64,000 nt of DNA from Eledone cirrhosa (GCA_964016885.1 OZ024758.1:3472001-3536000), one strand, 5' to 3'; counted from the stretch's first letter, positions 46,228-60,450 are shown. Numbers and translations are program-made. The notes: generated by a model not told the origin, from the sequence alone.

Positions 46228-46501
46228 CTGTTTATACTTTTTGGCACAAGGCCAGCAATCACCCAGTGCATGACTGGTACTTTATTTTATCGACCCCGTA
46301 AGGATGAAAGTCAAAGTTAAGTAGAAACAAGTATTTATTGTTGCCTCGGTGGATTGGCAGTATCAGTAGAGGGTCGGACGCCATGCTTTGACGAATAGAG
46401 TTACGGCCTCGGTGGGATTTGAACTCAGACCATAAAGGACCCTAACTCTTTGCTGCAAAGCATGGCGTCCGACCCTCTACCGATACTGCCAATCCATCAC
46501 C
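46228..46501 (-). mobile_element. SINE family A with 15-bp TSD and an inverted SINE head inserted internally
   Basis: CATATCAACAAATAA at 46213 and 46502; 46346-46407 is a plus-strand head. Confidence 0.9.
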
Positions 46502-46696
46502 CATATCAACAAATAATGAATATATATATATACATGGCAAGTTTCCCTGAAATGCGGAGAGATATCTGACCGAAGTATGGCATCAACTAAATGTCCAATA
46601 AATAGTAAATGTTTATAGAGAATATATATATATATATATATATATATAAAGAATTAGTATATTTACCAACATATGTATAACTTTCTTATTTACGTC

Positions 46697-46733
<37 letters not shown>

Positions 46734-46961
46734 CAGAAATGTGAATCTGAGTTTTTCGAATATTAATAATAATAATATTCAATTATTTTGCAATTATGCA
46801 AAAAACCTTGTAAAGCATGTGATTTGAATAACCTCGTCATTCTTGCTCTTGTGTTGGCATATGAACAGAACAGGAGACACTTATGTTTCCGTGTTATTAC
46901 CCTTCATTAGTACCGTATATTCTTCACCTGCCATATACGCATATATATATATATATATACA

Positions 46962-47345
46962 TAAAATAATTAAGTCAAATATGTAAAATGTGGCTTCGTT
47001 TGTTATAAATTAAAAAAATTACTGCTATATATATTTCGGAAGAATAACAACACACCCAGGAGCTGGACATATCGATCCATTGGCGGAGTAAAACACACTT
47101 CAACAACATGTGTACCTGTCCTTTCCACACCAGTTCGGACTGCCTGAAGAAGTCACAGCCAATGATGGCTGTCACTGAAATGTATATAGCAGTAAGTTTT
47201 AATTTATAATAAACGAAGCCAAACTTTACATATTTGACTTAATTATTTTACATTACTCCGGAGTAAACAAACCAACCTGCGTACTCCGTCGAGTGCTCCA
47301 ATCTGCATACTTAGGTGTCGGTAAACAACCAACATATACTCAATA
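46962..47345 (+). mobile_element. TA-embedded PLE-like island with inverted partial pLTR
   Basis: 46962-47037 is the reverse complement of 47177-47250; contains a hammerhead. Confidence 0.75.
47139..47193 (+). ncRNA. minimal type-I hammerhead ribozyme
   Basis: ACUGC-CUGAAGA-AGUCACAGCCA-auga-UGGCUGUCACU-GAAA-UGUAUA-UA-GCAGU. Confidence 0.85.
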
Positions 47346-47725
47346 TAGATATATATATATAAACATGTTAGCATGAAAATATGACGAAACATAGTGAACA
47401 ATATTATACTGAAATAACTGATTTAGAAATATAGTTCTTCAATTATCATATAATACACGATGAATAATACGTATATAAGTTCCGTATATCACTATTATTA
47501 AATCATCGCAAAACTTCCAAAGCATAAATGTCTAGAGAAAATATAAACAGATAAATACATAGACAGATGAAACGATAAATGATAGGATGATAAATCAATA
47601 TTTAATAGCTGAGAATGTAGGCTCTAGCATTGCCATTGTATAGAGGATAAAATCCTGAGCATATATAACTAACATATAGATGTAAATAAAATTATACATA
47701 TATATTTCGATATATACATTTATGC

Positions 47726-47759
<34 letters not shown>

Positions 47760-47781
47760 ATATATATGTGTATATATACAT

Positions 47782-47817
<36 letters not shown>

Positions 47818-47859
47818 ATATATACATATGTATATATATATGTGTGTGTATATATACAT

Positions 47860-47895
<36 letters not shown>

Positions 47896-47896
47896 A

Positions 47897-47931
<35 letters not shown>

Positions 47932-47958
47932 GCATAAACATGTATAAATACATATATG

Positions 47959-48009
<51 letters not shown>

Positions 48010-48176
48010 GTATATATATGTATATATATGTACATATGTTTATATATTGTATATATATGTGTATAGATGTGTATATATATGTATATATATATATGTACAG
48101 ATACAAGAATACATATGTAAGTACATGAAATAAAAATGGCGTAGGTATTACAATACAACGGTAGGAAACATAATAG

Positions 48177-48220
48177 TACCACTGATGGTGTCGTAGATGT
48201 GTGACGAAAGAACTTTGATA
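48177..48220 (+). ncRNA. degenerate hammerhead related to 50746
   Basis: UACCA-CUGAUGG-U-GUCGUA-gaug-UGUGAC-GAAA-GAAC-UU-UGAUA; upstream AAAATGGCGTAGG shared with the 50587 element. Confidence 0.5.
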
Positions 48221-48514
48221 GATTATATATATATATAATCTGTGTGTCTGTGTGTGTTTTGAAGCGGTGGTCAATCAATGATAAACATTGATTGCCAGAT
48301 AAATTAACTATGGAGATATAATAGTTATAGTCAAAACCAATCTAAACCAAAATATGAGCATGTTCTATTATTATTTCTGGTAATATTATAACAATATAAC
48401 CCTCCCTAAGTATATCAACATATATATATATACATACGCATATGTGTATAAATATATAGACCCATATGCATATATATACACATATATATATATATATATA
48501 TATATGTCCACACA

Positions 48515-48552
<38 letters not shown>

Positions 48553-48555
<3 letters not shown>

Positions 48556-48683
48556 CCGTCGAAACGGCTTGAGCTCAGCTGTTGGGGTCTTACTGGTTCC
48601 TATTACCCACTCTACTACCTCAAGTATTGAGTACTTTGGTGCGTTATGGTCCACCTCGTTCCTTACCACATTTCCTTCGTTAT
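48553..48683 (+). mobile_element. TA-embedded family D, colinear copy
   Basis: AGCCGTCGAAACGGCTTGAGCTC..GGGGTC..TATTACCCACTCTACTACC..CCTTCGTTA(TA)n. Confidence 0.75.
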
Positions 48684-48929
48684 ATATAAACATAGATATA
48701 TAGATATATGTATATATACAAATGGAAGTACAGCATATTCGAAGCTCGAGCCGCTGCTAAGATGACGATTGCATTGAGAAGTGCAGCCAAGTACTCGACA
48801 AGGTATAACTATCTCAGAGGAATAACATACAGTTTAAAGGGCTTTGGAAATTGAAGATAGCAACTGGTAATTCAGCTGCGGGGTCCGTAGCAAAGAAAGA
48901 ACTGACACGCGAGAAAAAATACATACATA

Positions 48930-48993
48930 CATACATATACCTATATACATACAAGTATATATATATGTATATATATGTATATGTATATATATT

Positions 48994-49045
<52 letters not shown>

Positions 49046-49052
49046 TTATATT

Positions 49053-49088
<36 letters not shown>

Positions 49089-49141
49089 ATGTATGTATAT
49101 ATATGTATGTATGTATGTATATATATATATATATATGTATG

Positions 49142-49174
<33 letters not shown>

Positions 49175-49198
49175 TTATATATGTATATATATTTATAT

Positions 49199-49235
<37 letters not shown>

Positions 49236-49247
49236 TATATTTATGTA

Positions 49248-49282
<35 letters not shown>

Positions 49283-49713
49283 ATGTATGTATGTATGTAT
49301 GTATGTGTATGTATGTATGTATGTATGTATGTGTATATATATATGTATGTATGTATGTGTATATATATATGTATGTATGTATGTGTATATATATATGTAT
49401 GTATGTATGTGTATATATATATGTATGTATGTATGTGTGTATATATATATGTATGTATGTATGTGTATATATATATATGTATGTATGTGTATATATATAT
49501 ATGTATGTATGTATGTATGTATATGTATGTATGTATGTATATATATATATATATGTATGTATGTATGTATGTATATATATATATATATGTATGTATGTAT
49601 ATATATATATGTATGTATGTATGTATATATATATATATATGTATGTATGTATGTATGTATATATATATATATGTATGTATGTATGTATATATATATATAT
49701 GTATGTATGTATA

Positions 49714-49746
<33 letters not shown>

Positions 49747-50025
49747 ATATATATATGTATGTATGTATGTATATATATATATATATGTATGTATGTATAT
49801 ATATATATATATGTATGTATGTATGTATGTATATATATATATGTATGTATGTATGTATATATATATATGTATGTATGTATGTATATATATATATATATGT
49901 ATGTATGTATGTATATATATATATATGTATGTATGTATGTATGTATATATATATGTATGTATGTATGTATATATATATGTATGTATGTATGTATATATAT
50001 ATATATGTATGTATGTATGTATATA

Positions 50026-50061
<36 letters not shown>

Positions 50062-50265
50062 TGTATATATATATGTATGTATGTATGTATATATATATGT
50101 ATGTATGTATGTATATATATATATATGTATGTATGTATGTATATATATGTATGTATGTATATATATATATATGTATGTATGTATATATATATATATATGT
50201 ATGTATGTATGTATATATATATATATATGTATGTATGTATATATATATATATGTATGTATGTATG

Positions 50266-50298
<33 letters not shown>

Positions 50299-50586
50299 GT
50301 ATATATATATTTATATATGTATGTATGTATATATATATTTATATATGTATGTATGTATATATATATTTATATATGTATGTATGTATATATATATTTATAT
50401 ATGTATGTATGTATATATATATTTATATATGTATGTATGTATATATATATTTATATATGTATGTATGTATATATATATTTATATATGTATGTATGTATAT
50501 ATATATTTATATATGTATGTATATATATTTATATGTATATATATATTTATATTTATATATGTATATAATATAACTATATATATATA
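48930..50586. repeat. (TA)n/(TATG)n array
   Basis: Direct reading. Confidence 0.96.
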
Positions 50587-50883
50587 TTGTTATACTTTGG
50601 GAGGGTCATGTTGCCAATAAGAAACACACGCACCAATTGCTTTCACTTCAATTTATTATATATTTATAAATTTATAAAGTTACAACTCTAGAAACTTATA
50701 AATTTCTGGTTGGTTGGTTCCACAACCAGATAGTTGTTTATATATAGTCATAGTCCTTTCGTCACACACTCTGTGACCTCTTCAGTGACTGGGGATTCCT
50801 TTCTTTGTTTCTGTGCCTTTCCTTTCTTCTGTCCTACGCCATTTTGTTTCTGTGTGTGAAACAAAATGGCGTAGGACAGAAGA
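50587..50883 (-). mobile_element. PLE-like mini-insertion: fold-back 5' end, hammerhead, 3' tail, TSD
   Basis: 26-bp hairpin 50825-50883; TATAATATAACTATATA before (50564) and after (50888, 50921). Confidence 0.8.
50746..50790 (-). ncRNA. minimal type-I hammerhead ribozyme
   Basis: Reverse strand: AGUCA-CUGAAGA-G-GUCACA-gagug-UGUGAC-GAAA-GGAC-UA-UGACU. Confidence 0.8.
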
Positions 50884-50898
50884 TATATATAATATAAC

Positions 50899-50929
<31 letters not shown>

Positions 50930-51825
50930 ACTATATATATATATATATATATATGTGCGTGTGTGTGCCTGTATATACGTGTGCGTGTGTTTATATGTAC
51001 TTCTGGTTACATGTGTTTGATGTGGTTTTTATGTATTCGGCAGTGTATCTAAAGAATAATAATATTAATAATATATCTTTTGAAAAGTAAGAAGTCTCTC
51101 TTTGGAATGACACCATTTTTTGAAATATAACGAGAATGTCAAGACATTCTGACCAAATATTACATACTATGAAATAATTAATTAAAAAATACATTAAATA
51201 TAAAAATGTTTTAAATGAATACATAATATAGAGTAAACAGGAAATTATTATTTGAAAACAAAAACAATGCAAAGCGGGGAAATCAATGTAGGGCTCTGGA
51301 AATGAAAACATAAAAGAAAAATATAATTCAAATAAGCGAGAGATTTTTGGATATAAATTATGAAAACTCCTATCCAAACCATCAAAAATGATGGATATAT
51401 TTGATGCAATAAACGAGTGTGAATGAAATCAAATTGGTAGTAGATTAAATTAAAATTAAAATGACATATTAGACAATTATTCCAATTCCTTTTTACCAAT
51501 TTCCGTCGTTTTGATTTTAACACATCAGCTTCAAGTGCAATTATTGTTTAACATTCGAATTTGAAATATAGTTGTCCCAAAATATATGACTATAACGCTA
51601 ATTGTTCGCTATAAATAATAGTTGAAAAATGCGGTTAGTGTCACTGTCAGTGGAGAAGACAATAGATTAATAAGAATATATTTATCCTGCTTCTGGGATC
51701 GATTGCCCGTTTTTTTCTGATATAACAGTCGATCCATCACGACCCTTGTCTTGACCGTAAAATCACATGATAATTTTCCATTTCGAAAATTACAAATGGT
51801 GGCGGTTACTACGGAGAAAACAGTC

Positions 51826-51925
51826 ATACTCTGAGGAAGTCTGGTAACAAGACGACTACCTCACAGCTTAGGCGCACTTTAGATGCATTTAGCTGCACAA
51901 CGGTCGGCGAAACTGCAGTCAGGAA
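51826..51925 (+). ncRNA. degenerate hammerhead with long stem II insert
   Basis: CU-CUGAGGA-A-GUC...(about 65 nt)...GGC-GAAA-CUGCAG-UC-AG; palindromic loop III. Confidence 0.45.
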
Positions 51926-51990
51926 TACGAGGAAATAATAAGTAACATTTCTCAGTTTGTTCTCTACACTTACGCACACAGACGCGCACA

Positions 51991-52058
<68 letters not shown>

Positions 52059-52108
52059 CATAGATACATAGATACATACATACATACATACATACATACA
52101 TACATACA

Positions 52109-52180
<72 letters not shown>

Positions 52181-52182
<2 letters not shown>

Positions 52183-52314
52183 AAGTCAGGACCCCGACGA
52201 ATCAGCTCCGGCCGTTTCGACAGCTAGATCCTAACTATTACCCACTCTACTACCCTAAGTATTGAGTACTCAGGTGCATTATGGTCCAAATGGCATCTTA
52301 CCTTACACTCTTTG

Positions 52315-52316
<2 letters not shown>
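52181..52316 (+). mobile_element. TA-embedded family D with inverted 5' piece
   Basis: GACCCCGACG..CCGTTTCGACAGCTAG inverted relative to the tail TATTACCCACTCTACTACCC. Confidence 0.75.
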
Positions 52317-52364
<48 letters not shown>

Positions 52365-53741
52365 TGTGAATCTCGTTCATTAATATTAATCGGGTTTACA
52401 TCTGTTGTTCAAAAGGAAAATAGTAAACTTACATTAAAACATGTACCGATAATATAATATACAATTCACGAAATCTATGTATGGTCACCGATAATCGCTA
52501 ACTGTCCATTGTAGGAAAAAACAAACAAAACAATCGATTATTTGCATTCCTCTGGGGTCTTCTATTTAACTGAAACAAACGACATATTCTCTAAATTGTT
52601 GAGAGTAATTGATTTAGATCTGGTGAATATGATATCAGTTTGACAGCTTTTATAAGATTTAACCACAAATTATGCAAACAAAATTTGAAATCAGAACGCA
52701 AATGGCCGTAAATCTATGCTGCAAAATTAAAAGGACGATTATTATTATTAGACTCTGCTTAGTACTACACCTCTATTATTGGAAACTATGCATCGAGTCC
52801 TCACTATGTTGAACCTACAGTAACCGGACGTTACAATCCCTATATATATGTATATATATGTATGTATCAATGTATACTCATCAAACACAATAAATAATAT
52901 ATTTTCCACAATTAAGAAATAAATATATCTCATCACGAGCGTATTTCATTTAAAAGCTCGTGGCTCAATAAAAAAAATATACATATAATATAAAAATGAG
53001 AATGGTGGAAATTATCGACATTGCTCATTCCTATTTTTATTATTATTAATATATATCCTTTAATATACACCAAATATTTATGTGAAAACATAAAATATAA
53101 CGTTGGGTGTAACTCTATTTCAATCAACAGTTTTCCTACTAAATTATTTCAGAAGAGATCCTGTTGATTATATTAGATAATTACCTCTTACAGGCATAGT
53201 ATTTGAATTTTGAGTGCATCATAAAACGTGGGGATATTAGCATGCATTTTATATCAATGGAATAATGATATATCGTAGGAATTGACACAATAATGTATTA
53301 GAATTATCATCAATAAAAAAGGCGGAATTTGGCAAGTATATTTATTGCATATACTATTCACATACAATTATAACTCGATTAGAAATAATGATATTCTCCA
53401 TGAAAAATATGGCTCGGAATTATTGCAACTAAATTCTAATTCTGATATAGACTACTTAAATATGCTCAGGTGAAAATAAAATTTCGTATTGACAATTAGT
53501 TTTGATTTATTCTCAAAATGAAAGTAAAATAATGTGTTTATATAGTTACACCTGCTTTACAAGACAGCATGTATGATATTGAAATTAATAATTAAATACT
53601 TTTAAAATATTCGATATTTTTCTTATTTTGTAATCTTTTGGATTTCAAAGTATGTTTAGCTGTATCAGTATGTTGGCTTTGGCCAAAAGCTACATTAACA
53701 ACCTTGCTATTTCACCGCAAATATATACAGGGACGCTTTCT

Positions 53742-53983
53742 TTGATGTTGTTGATGTTGCTGTTGTCGTCGTCGTTGTTGTTGTCCTCTTCTTCTTTTCT
53801 TCTTAATTTCTTCGTCTTTTCTTCTTCTTTTCTTCTTATTGTTCTTGTTCTTCTTGTTCTTCTTGTTCTTGTACTTCTTCTTCTTGTACTTCTTCTTCTT
53901 GTACTTCTTCTTTTTGTCATTTTTCTTCTTCCTTTTTCCTTCTTCTTCCTTCCTCCTTTCAATTTCTTCTTCTTCTTCTTCTT
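53742..53983. repeat. (TTG)n/(CTT)n trinucleotide repeat
   Basis: Direct reading. Confidence 0.95.
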
Positions 53984-54299
53984 GATATCTACTGGTGTTG
54001 TGCTCTTTTGTAAAGAAGTAGTAACAGAAAAATGTAGAACAGTGGAAGAGGTAGTAGCTAAAGCAAGAGAGATGATTAGGAGACATTGCAGCTAATGTTA
54101 TAGCTGCAAAAATTGGACTGGAGATCCCTTCAATGGGAAACACAGTTTCCATCATCACAACTAAGGCAGATGCATAAAGAAACGCTGGAAAGAAAGCTGT
54201 TAGATGGTCCCGAATGGCAAAGACGCAGCAATAAAGCGACAATTGGGTCTTTGACGGTCTGCGATATGCGATTGCTACTCGTTTCTAAACAGATCTGTA

Positions 54300-54540
54300 T
54301 GGCCTTCCAGCAGCACGTCTGTCAACTGTTTGAAGTAAGCGGGGGCTTGGAGAAGTTGGTGGATTTTGTAGTTCTTACTTCGTTACTTGGCAAAGGACTT
54401 GGAGTTCTGTGAAACGCCGATAACAAGAGCCGAATTACAGGATGACCTATGCAGCTGTCCTAGGCGTTATTCGCCAGGTTTGGCTTGTCTACCCTACGAG
54501 TTTTACGAGCATATGCTGACTTGTTCGCTGTTCTCCTCGC
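54300..54540 (+). mobile_element. L1/Tx1-like LINE relic (pre-RT region)
   Basis: CETPITRAELQDDLCSCPRRYSPGLACLPYEFYEHM matches the IT..E....KSPG.DGLP.EFY motif. Confidence 0.7.
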
Positions 54541-54566
54541 AGTACACTACAGCTTTGTCACATTCT

Positions 54567-54655
54567 CTGCCACGCTAAATCTCTCGGAGAAATACGTTAA
54601 GAGTACACGTGTCTGTGGAATTTTCAGCCATTTTTACGTTAATTTCAAGCCCGAG
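54567..54655 (+). mobile_element. short interspersed repeat fragment, second copy at 57516-57610
   Basis: TGCCACGCT.AATCTC.C.G.GAA.TACGTTAAG.GTA..CGTGTC.GTGGAAT shared by both copies. Confidence 0.6.
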
Positions 54656-54819
54656 TTTATTAAATCAGCTGTAGCGATCGTCGTTGTCATCGACGAAATG
54701 CCTCAAAAGATATGTGTACTTATATATGCATATATGTACATAAATACACATACACGCCCTCAGATTTATATATTCACACATATGTTGACATTTATATATA
54801 TAAATGAATACATAAATAA

Positions 54820-54891
<72 letters not shown>

Positions 54892-56565
54892 AGCGTATAA
54901 AAACCATGCATACAAATGCAAATAACATGGCTACTGCAGGACTTGTTCATTTGAATAATATCGAGATATATTCACTGTGCCATACGAGAAAAATATTTGG
55001 CAACAAATTTCAGCAGAAATACAGAAATACAGAAAAACAAAGTTAGTAAAAGAAATAAAATTAGCGTATTTTTTGTTATATTCTGCAACCGTGATTTATT
55101 GGCAAATGCCTAGCATACGACTCGCTGGCTTCAATATTGGTAACATCTGGTGACAATCTTGCAGATGGAATCTGGCATAGTTCATATGTTAGATATGCAA
55201 GTAAAAAAATTATTGTATTTTTCTTTTTTGGAAAATATTCAAGCATTCAAAAACGTATGGTTACATACTATATGTAGTAGCTATCTAATTAGCTGTGCCT
55301 CCCAAGAGACACGCTTCTAATAATTAAAATACACTAAAAATATTTTTGCTATAATATATTTTTAGCTTGAGTAAATATGATTACTAGTATCTGATAAAAT
55401 CTTATGAATTTTGTATTGTTAGATGGCATTCCACATAATCTCACTGCAATTTATTTCTTGTTTGCTTTGTTAAGTAATAATTAGATGTTTGCTGTTAATA
55501 ACTATTTATTTACTTTGTGTATTATTTTATTTAGTTACAAGCGTGTGGTATTTACTTGAACCAATTAATTGACTTCTAAGTGATATTATCATAATAGACA
55601 ATAGATTCAATTATGTCTTTGTAATGTTCGCTGTTAATTATGATTCATATAATTCTAAACTGCATCTTCATCATCTATGCTGCAATTTACTGAAACTCGA
55701 AAAAAAATATCTGAATCATAAAATATGCATTATCAAAATGCAATATGTGTGTATTAATAGGGATTCCATCACACTTTCAAAATATATGTTTCTCTTTCTA
55801 TAGTCATATATAATTGCATATAAATAGGAGTGACTGTTTATATCCATAGATATATAGATTTGCATATATATTGTTTCAATTTAGAAATATATGCATCGAC
55901 GAATACATAATGTAGATACATTACAGTAAGTAATTAGGTTCAGAATTCATTCCAAATAAAGAGAATATAGAGTAAATATCTACCACCACAACCACAATTA
56001 AACCCAGGCCTTGCGAGGGACATTTATATGTTGTCCTTGTGTGGTTATGTATTAAATGGACTGTCTCTTTTTCAAGGGTCTAAGTTTGACTTATACGTTT
56101 TCAAGCAGATCCTATCTGAGAATTATTTTAGTTGTTCATAAGTCTGAGAAATAAAAAAAAGTATATACAAAGAGTATGTAGTTTTTATTTCTCAAATAAC
56201 TGATATGTTCACCATCCAGCCGACGGAGGATCGAAATGTTTTCATAATTGCTCATGTATTTGCATAAGATTTAGTAGCTTTAATACTTAGCACACTTAAA
56301 ATATACGACAAATAAATATACTGCTAATCATAGACAGAAACTATGTGGAGATTATAAAAACTACAGTATTGTCGATTAGAAATCCTACTGGACGAACTGA
56401 GTTCAATACATGTTTAAAGAAATTTACTTAGAATGAGAAATGTTCCAGGGGAGAGAACTACTGACATCCCCGAAAATGCAGTTACCCAACGTTAATGACT
56501 TTAAAATTGCATGTTGCGGATCGATATGAATACATAATTCTTAATCTTTTAAATATTCAACAATT

Positions 56566-56986
56566 CACACACGCACGCACACACAAACACGCACACGCAC
56601 GCACAAACACACGCACAAACACACAAACATACACACGCGCGCACGCGCACGCACGCACGCACGCACAAACACTGACACGCACACGCACGCACGCACAAAT
56701 ACTGACACGCACACGCACGCACAAACACTGACACGCACACGCACGCACAAACACTGACACGCACACGCACGCACAAACACTGACACGCACACGCACGCAC
56801 AAACACTCGCACACGCATAAACACACACACACGCATAAACACGCACACGCATAAACACACACACACGCATAAACACGCACACGCATAAACACACACACAC
56901 GCATAAACACGCACACGCATAAACACACACACACGCATAAACACGCACACGCATAAACACACACACTCGCACATAAACACACACAC
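56566..56986. repeat. CA/CGCA-derived minisatellite (ACAAACACTGACACGCACACGCACGC, then CGCATAAACAC units)
   Basis: Direct reading. Confidence 0.93.
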
Positions 56987-57619
56987 CTACACGCAATTGC
57001 GCATACGCATCTGTTTTGGCCAACAAAATGTTAAAAATGTTATGCTTTCCAGCCTTGTATCATGATGACTGTATGAGACGAACCATGTACAATACAATTG
57101 AATATAGATACACTAGCTCTAATAATAAGTCATACCTACTGGTAGAAACATTTATGTATAGACACAGCAATGCAAACCTTCTCAAATAGAAAGCATATAC
57201 TCGTGGATTCTAAATTTAACAAATCGGATTTTAATCGGAATATTACTTCTCTCAAAATTGTCAGTGCAATCGTATCGGTGATATCAATATAAATATCACA
57301 TCGAATTCAGATTGTTGATTTTATGTCCGTGATGTAATTTTTTAAATCAGACCTGGGTCTTTGAGATAAATAAAAGGTTACATTCTTTCAAATGTTTAGA
57401 AAAACCTTCTTTTTTATTTGTTGACGCGCGTCCTAGCGGAAAAACTTTATTTCCCGTTGCTCCATTCTACTCAATTGGCAAATCTTAGTTGTACTTTTAG
57501 ACTGAATGGCCATCCTTGCCACGCTGAATCTCCCTGGGAACTACGTTAAGTGTATGCGTGTCAGTGGAATGCACAGCCACTTCCACGTTACTTCCACGAG
57601 CAGGCTATTCCATGATTTA

Positions 57620-58096
57620 AACGACTTTCTTCTCCCCTAAGATTGTTGGTCTTGTGCCAAAAATCAGAAACCATTATTATTAAAGGGCAGTGAATTGGCA
57701 GTATCGGTAGAGGGTTGGACGCCATGCTTTGCAGCATAGAGCTACGGTCCTTGCCATTCTGAGTTCAAATCCCACTGAGGTTAGCTTTGCCTTTCATCCT
57801 TACAGGGTCGAAAAAATAAAGTACCAGTAATGCACTGGGTAATTGCTGGCCTTGTGCCAAAAGTAGAAACAATTATTATTATGATGATTGGCAGAATCAG
57901 TAGAGCGTCGGACCAAATGCTTTGCCAAATAGAGTTACAGCTCCTTACGTTCGGGGTTCAAGTCCCACCGAGGTTAGCATTGCATTTCATCCTTACGTGG
58001 TCGATAAATAACGCATATCTTATGCACTGGAGTCGATTTAATCGACTTTCCTCTCCATCAAAATTGCTGGCCTTGTGCCATAATCAGAAACCAATA
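57620..58096 (+). mobile_element. SINE family A array: tail fragment plus two full copies
   Basis: A-box TGGCAGTATCGG near 57696, B-box GAGTTCAAATCCC at 57761; second head at 57888. Confidence 0.9.
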
Positions 58097-59297
58097 TTAT
58101 TTTTATTATTATTGTTGTTTTTGTAGTCGCTGCTGTTGTTCTCATGTGTGTTTGTGGTGGACACGCATATACTCATATATATTGTGTTGTTAAATCGTTT
58201 TATTATACTCATATGAATTGTTATAGTCAAAGTATAATTACAGAAGTATAATGCACTATATTTTGAATTGATTTGAAACAAGTATTTGCAGGCAAATATG
58301 AGATTTCTAATAACAAGTAAGCTTCAGACATGTAAGATAATATTAGGTTTCGTGATAAAGCATAGGTTGTGCTGGTGGTTGAGTGGAAGAATATATTTTA
58401 TCTGAAATATTTATATTTGTATTCATACAAATCTCATTGATTAGGACGGAAGGAACATATTGCATTGTCCAGTGCCGTTGAAATGAGATGTATGGGGAAG
58501 AGAAGAGATATAAATTCATAGAAGTTATTGAAACGAGAAATGCTTGAATAATCGAAAAACCCTAACGAGAGCGCATCAATCCTAAGTAGGCAAGTGGAAG
58601 TGGCATGCACAGACTGATATCTGCAAATAATGCCATATGTGAGTGATATTATTATAGAGCTGTGCTGAGCTCTATCTGGACAACATTCAGAAATGTGAGA
58701 TTCCTTGAGAATGTAAGAATAGAACAAGATGATAATATAAGCCTTTGCATGGAATTTTACTACGTTGTGAGTGATTAGTTGAACTGGCCGTATTATTCCT
58801 GCACCATTAATTTCTGTTCAAGACAAAATGCATCACAGCGTCTCTAGTGTTACATCGAAGCTAAATCAGCCACCACAATCAGCTTAAATGTCTAATTCGG
58901 CTGCTGCTTTGGTTGTTGTTACATAGCTATAGCCACTGCAATTTCCAAATAGTTGACTCCCCAAAATAGAAAGATATTTTCTGAAACAGTTATAAATACA
59001 TAAATGAATTAAAAGAAAGAAAATATATAGAATATATTAAAGAAAAGAAGAAACATAGATAAAAAGAGAGACAGACAGACAAACAGGGAATAGATAGAGG
59101 TAACACTGGAAACGCACGGTATACTCCTTCGTACCACCTTCTCTTTCTCTGTCTCTCTCTCTCTCTATATATATATATATTCTCTCTCCCCCATCTCTCT
59201 CTCTCTTTTTATATATATATATATATATCGTTAATAAATGATAGAAAACAAACACAGGGATGCAAAAATACAGTTATATTAGGTTCACGCTTGGAGG

Positions 59298-59330
<33 letters not shown>

Positions 59331-59371
59331 TTATATTTATATAAATGTATCTCTCAATCTCTCTCTCTATA

Positions 59372-59420
<49 letters not shown>

Positions 59421-59422
<2 letters not shown>

Positions 59423-59561
59423 CGAAGGAGGTTTGGTAAGGAACCAGATGGCCCATAACGCACCAGAGTACTCAATACTTAGGGTAGTAGAGTGGATAAT
59501 ATGAAAATATCTGAAATAGCCGTCTAAACGGCTTCAGCTCTGCCGTCGGGGTTAAACATTT

Positions 59562-59564
<3 letters not shown>
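59421..59564 (-). mobile_element. TA-embedded family D with inverted 5' piece
   Basis: Homology to 48553-48683. Confidence 0.75.
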
Positions 59565-59599
<35 letters not shown>

Positions 59600-60020
59600 C
59601 TGTCTCTGCACACATACATACACAGTGTACATGTGTATATAAATGCAGGCAGGCATTCATGCATTCAGAAATATATGAAATGCATGCATCTAGTCAGAAA
59701 TGACAGTATTATAGGAAGAGCAATTGAAATCCTCAAAATACGGCTAATAACACGTCAAAATCTACTAGCAGCAAATGTATTGTGATATACACAATTAGAA
59801 AGTAACAAAGCACAAAAAGAGATTGTAACAATTAGAGACAAATGCTTGCCTGCCGTAGAAGAGACGGATCACTGAACACATCTGACCGTTATTATTGGGA
59901 GCGGTTTCAAGGAGTTGAGTTTGTTTCCTCGTTAGATACAATATACAAGACGGATATAATAATGACAAATTCCATTCATGAAATGACTAATTTATTTTTA
60001 TCATTAATTATAACTATTTT

Positions 60021-60165
60021 TGACGCATAGAGTTACGGCCCTTGCCATTCTTAGTTCAAATCCCGCCGAGGTTAACTTTGCCTTTCATCCTTACGGGGTC
60101 GATAAAATAAAGTACCAGTAATGTACTGGTTAATTACTGGCCTTATGCCAAAAGTAGAAACAATT
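60021..60165 (+). mobile_element. 5'-truncated SINE family A with TSD
   Basis: ATTAATTAT(A/T)ACTATTTT at 60003 and 60163. Confidence 0.9.
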
Positions 60166-60290
60166 AATTATTACTATTTTCTTGTTGTTGTTGTTGTTGT
60201 TTCTAGAATATATATTCATGTATGATGTATGAGTTCCTCATGAATATATACATATATATGTGTGTCTGTGTTTGTGTGTTTATATATATA

Positions 60291-60450
60291 ACGAAGGAGG
60301 TGTTGTAAGGAACCAAATGGACCATAACGCACCAGAGTACTCAATACTTAGGGTAGTAGAGTGGGTAATAGGAAAGTAGTTAATAGGAAAGTGTCCAGAA
60401 AAAGTCATCGAAACGGCTTTAGTTCTGCCGTCGGGGTTAAACATTTTCCT
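60291..60450 (-). mobile_element. TA-embedded family D with inverted 5' piece
   Basis: Homology to 59421-59564. Confidence 0.75.

Noticed and set aside
53652-54242. Hydrophobic, Arg-rich and Lys-rich ORFs
   Set aside because: Products of the (CTT)n/(TTG)n repeat.
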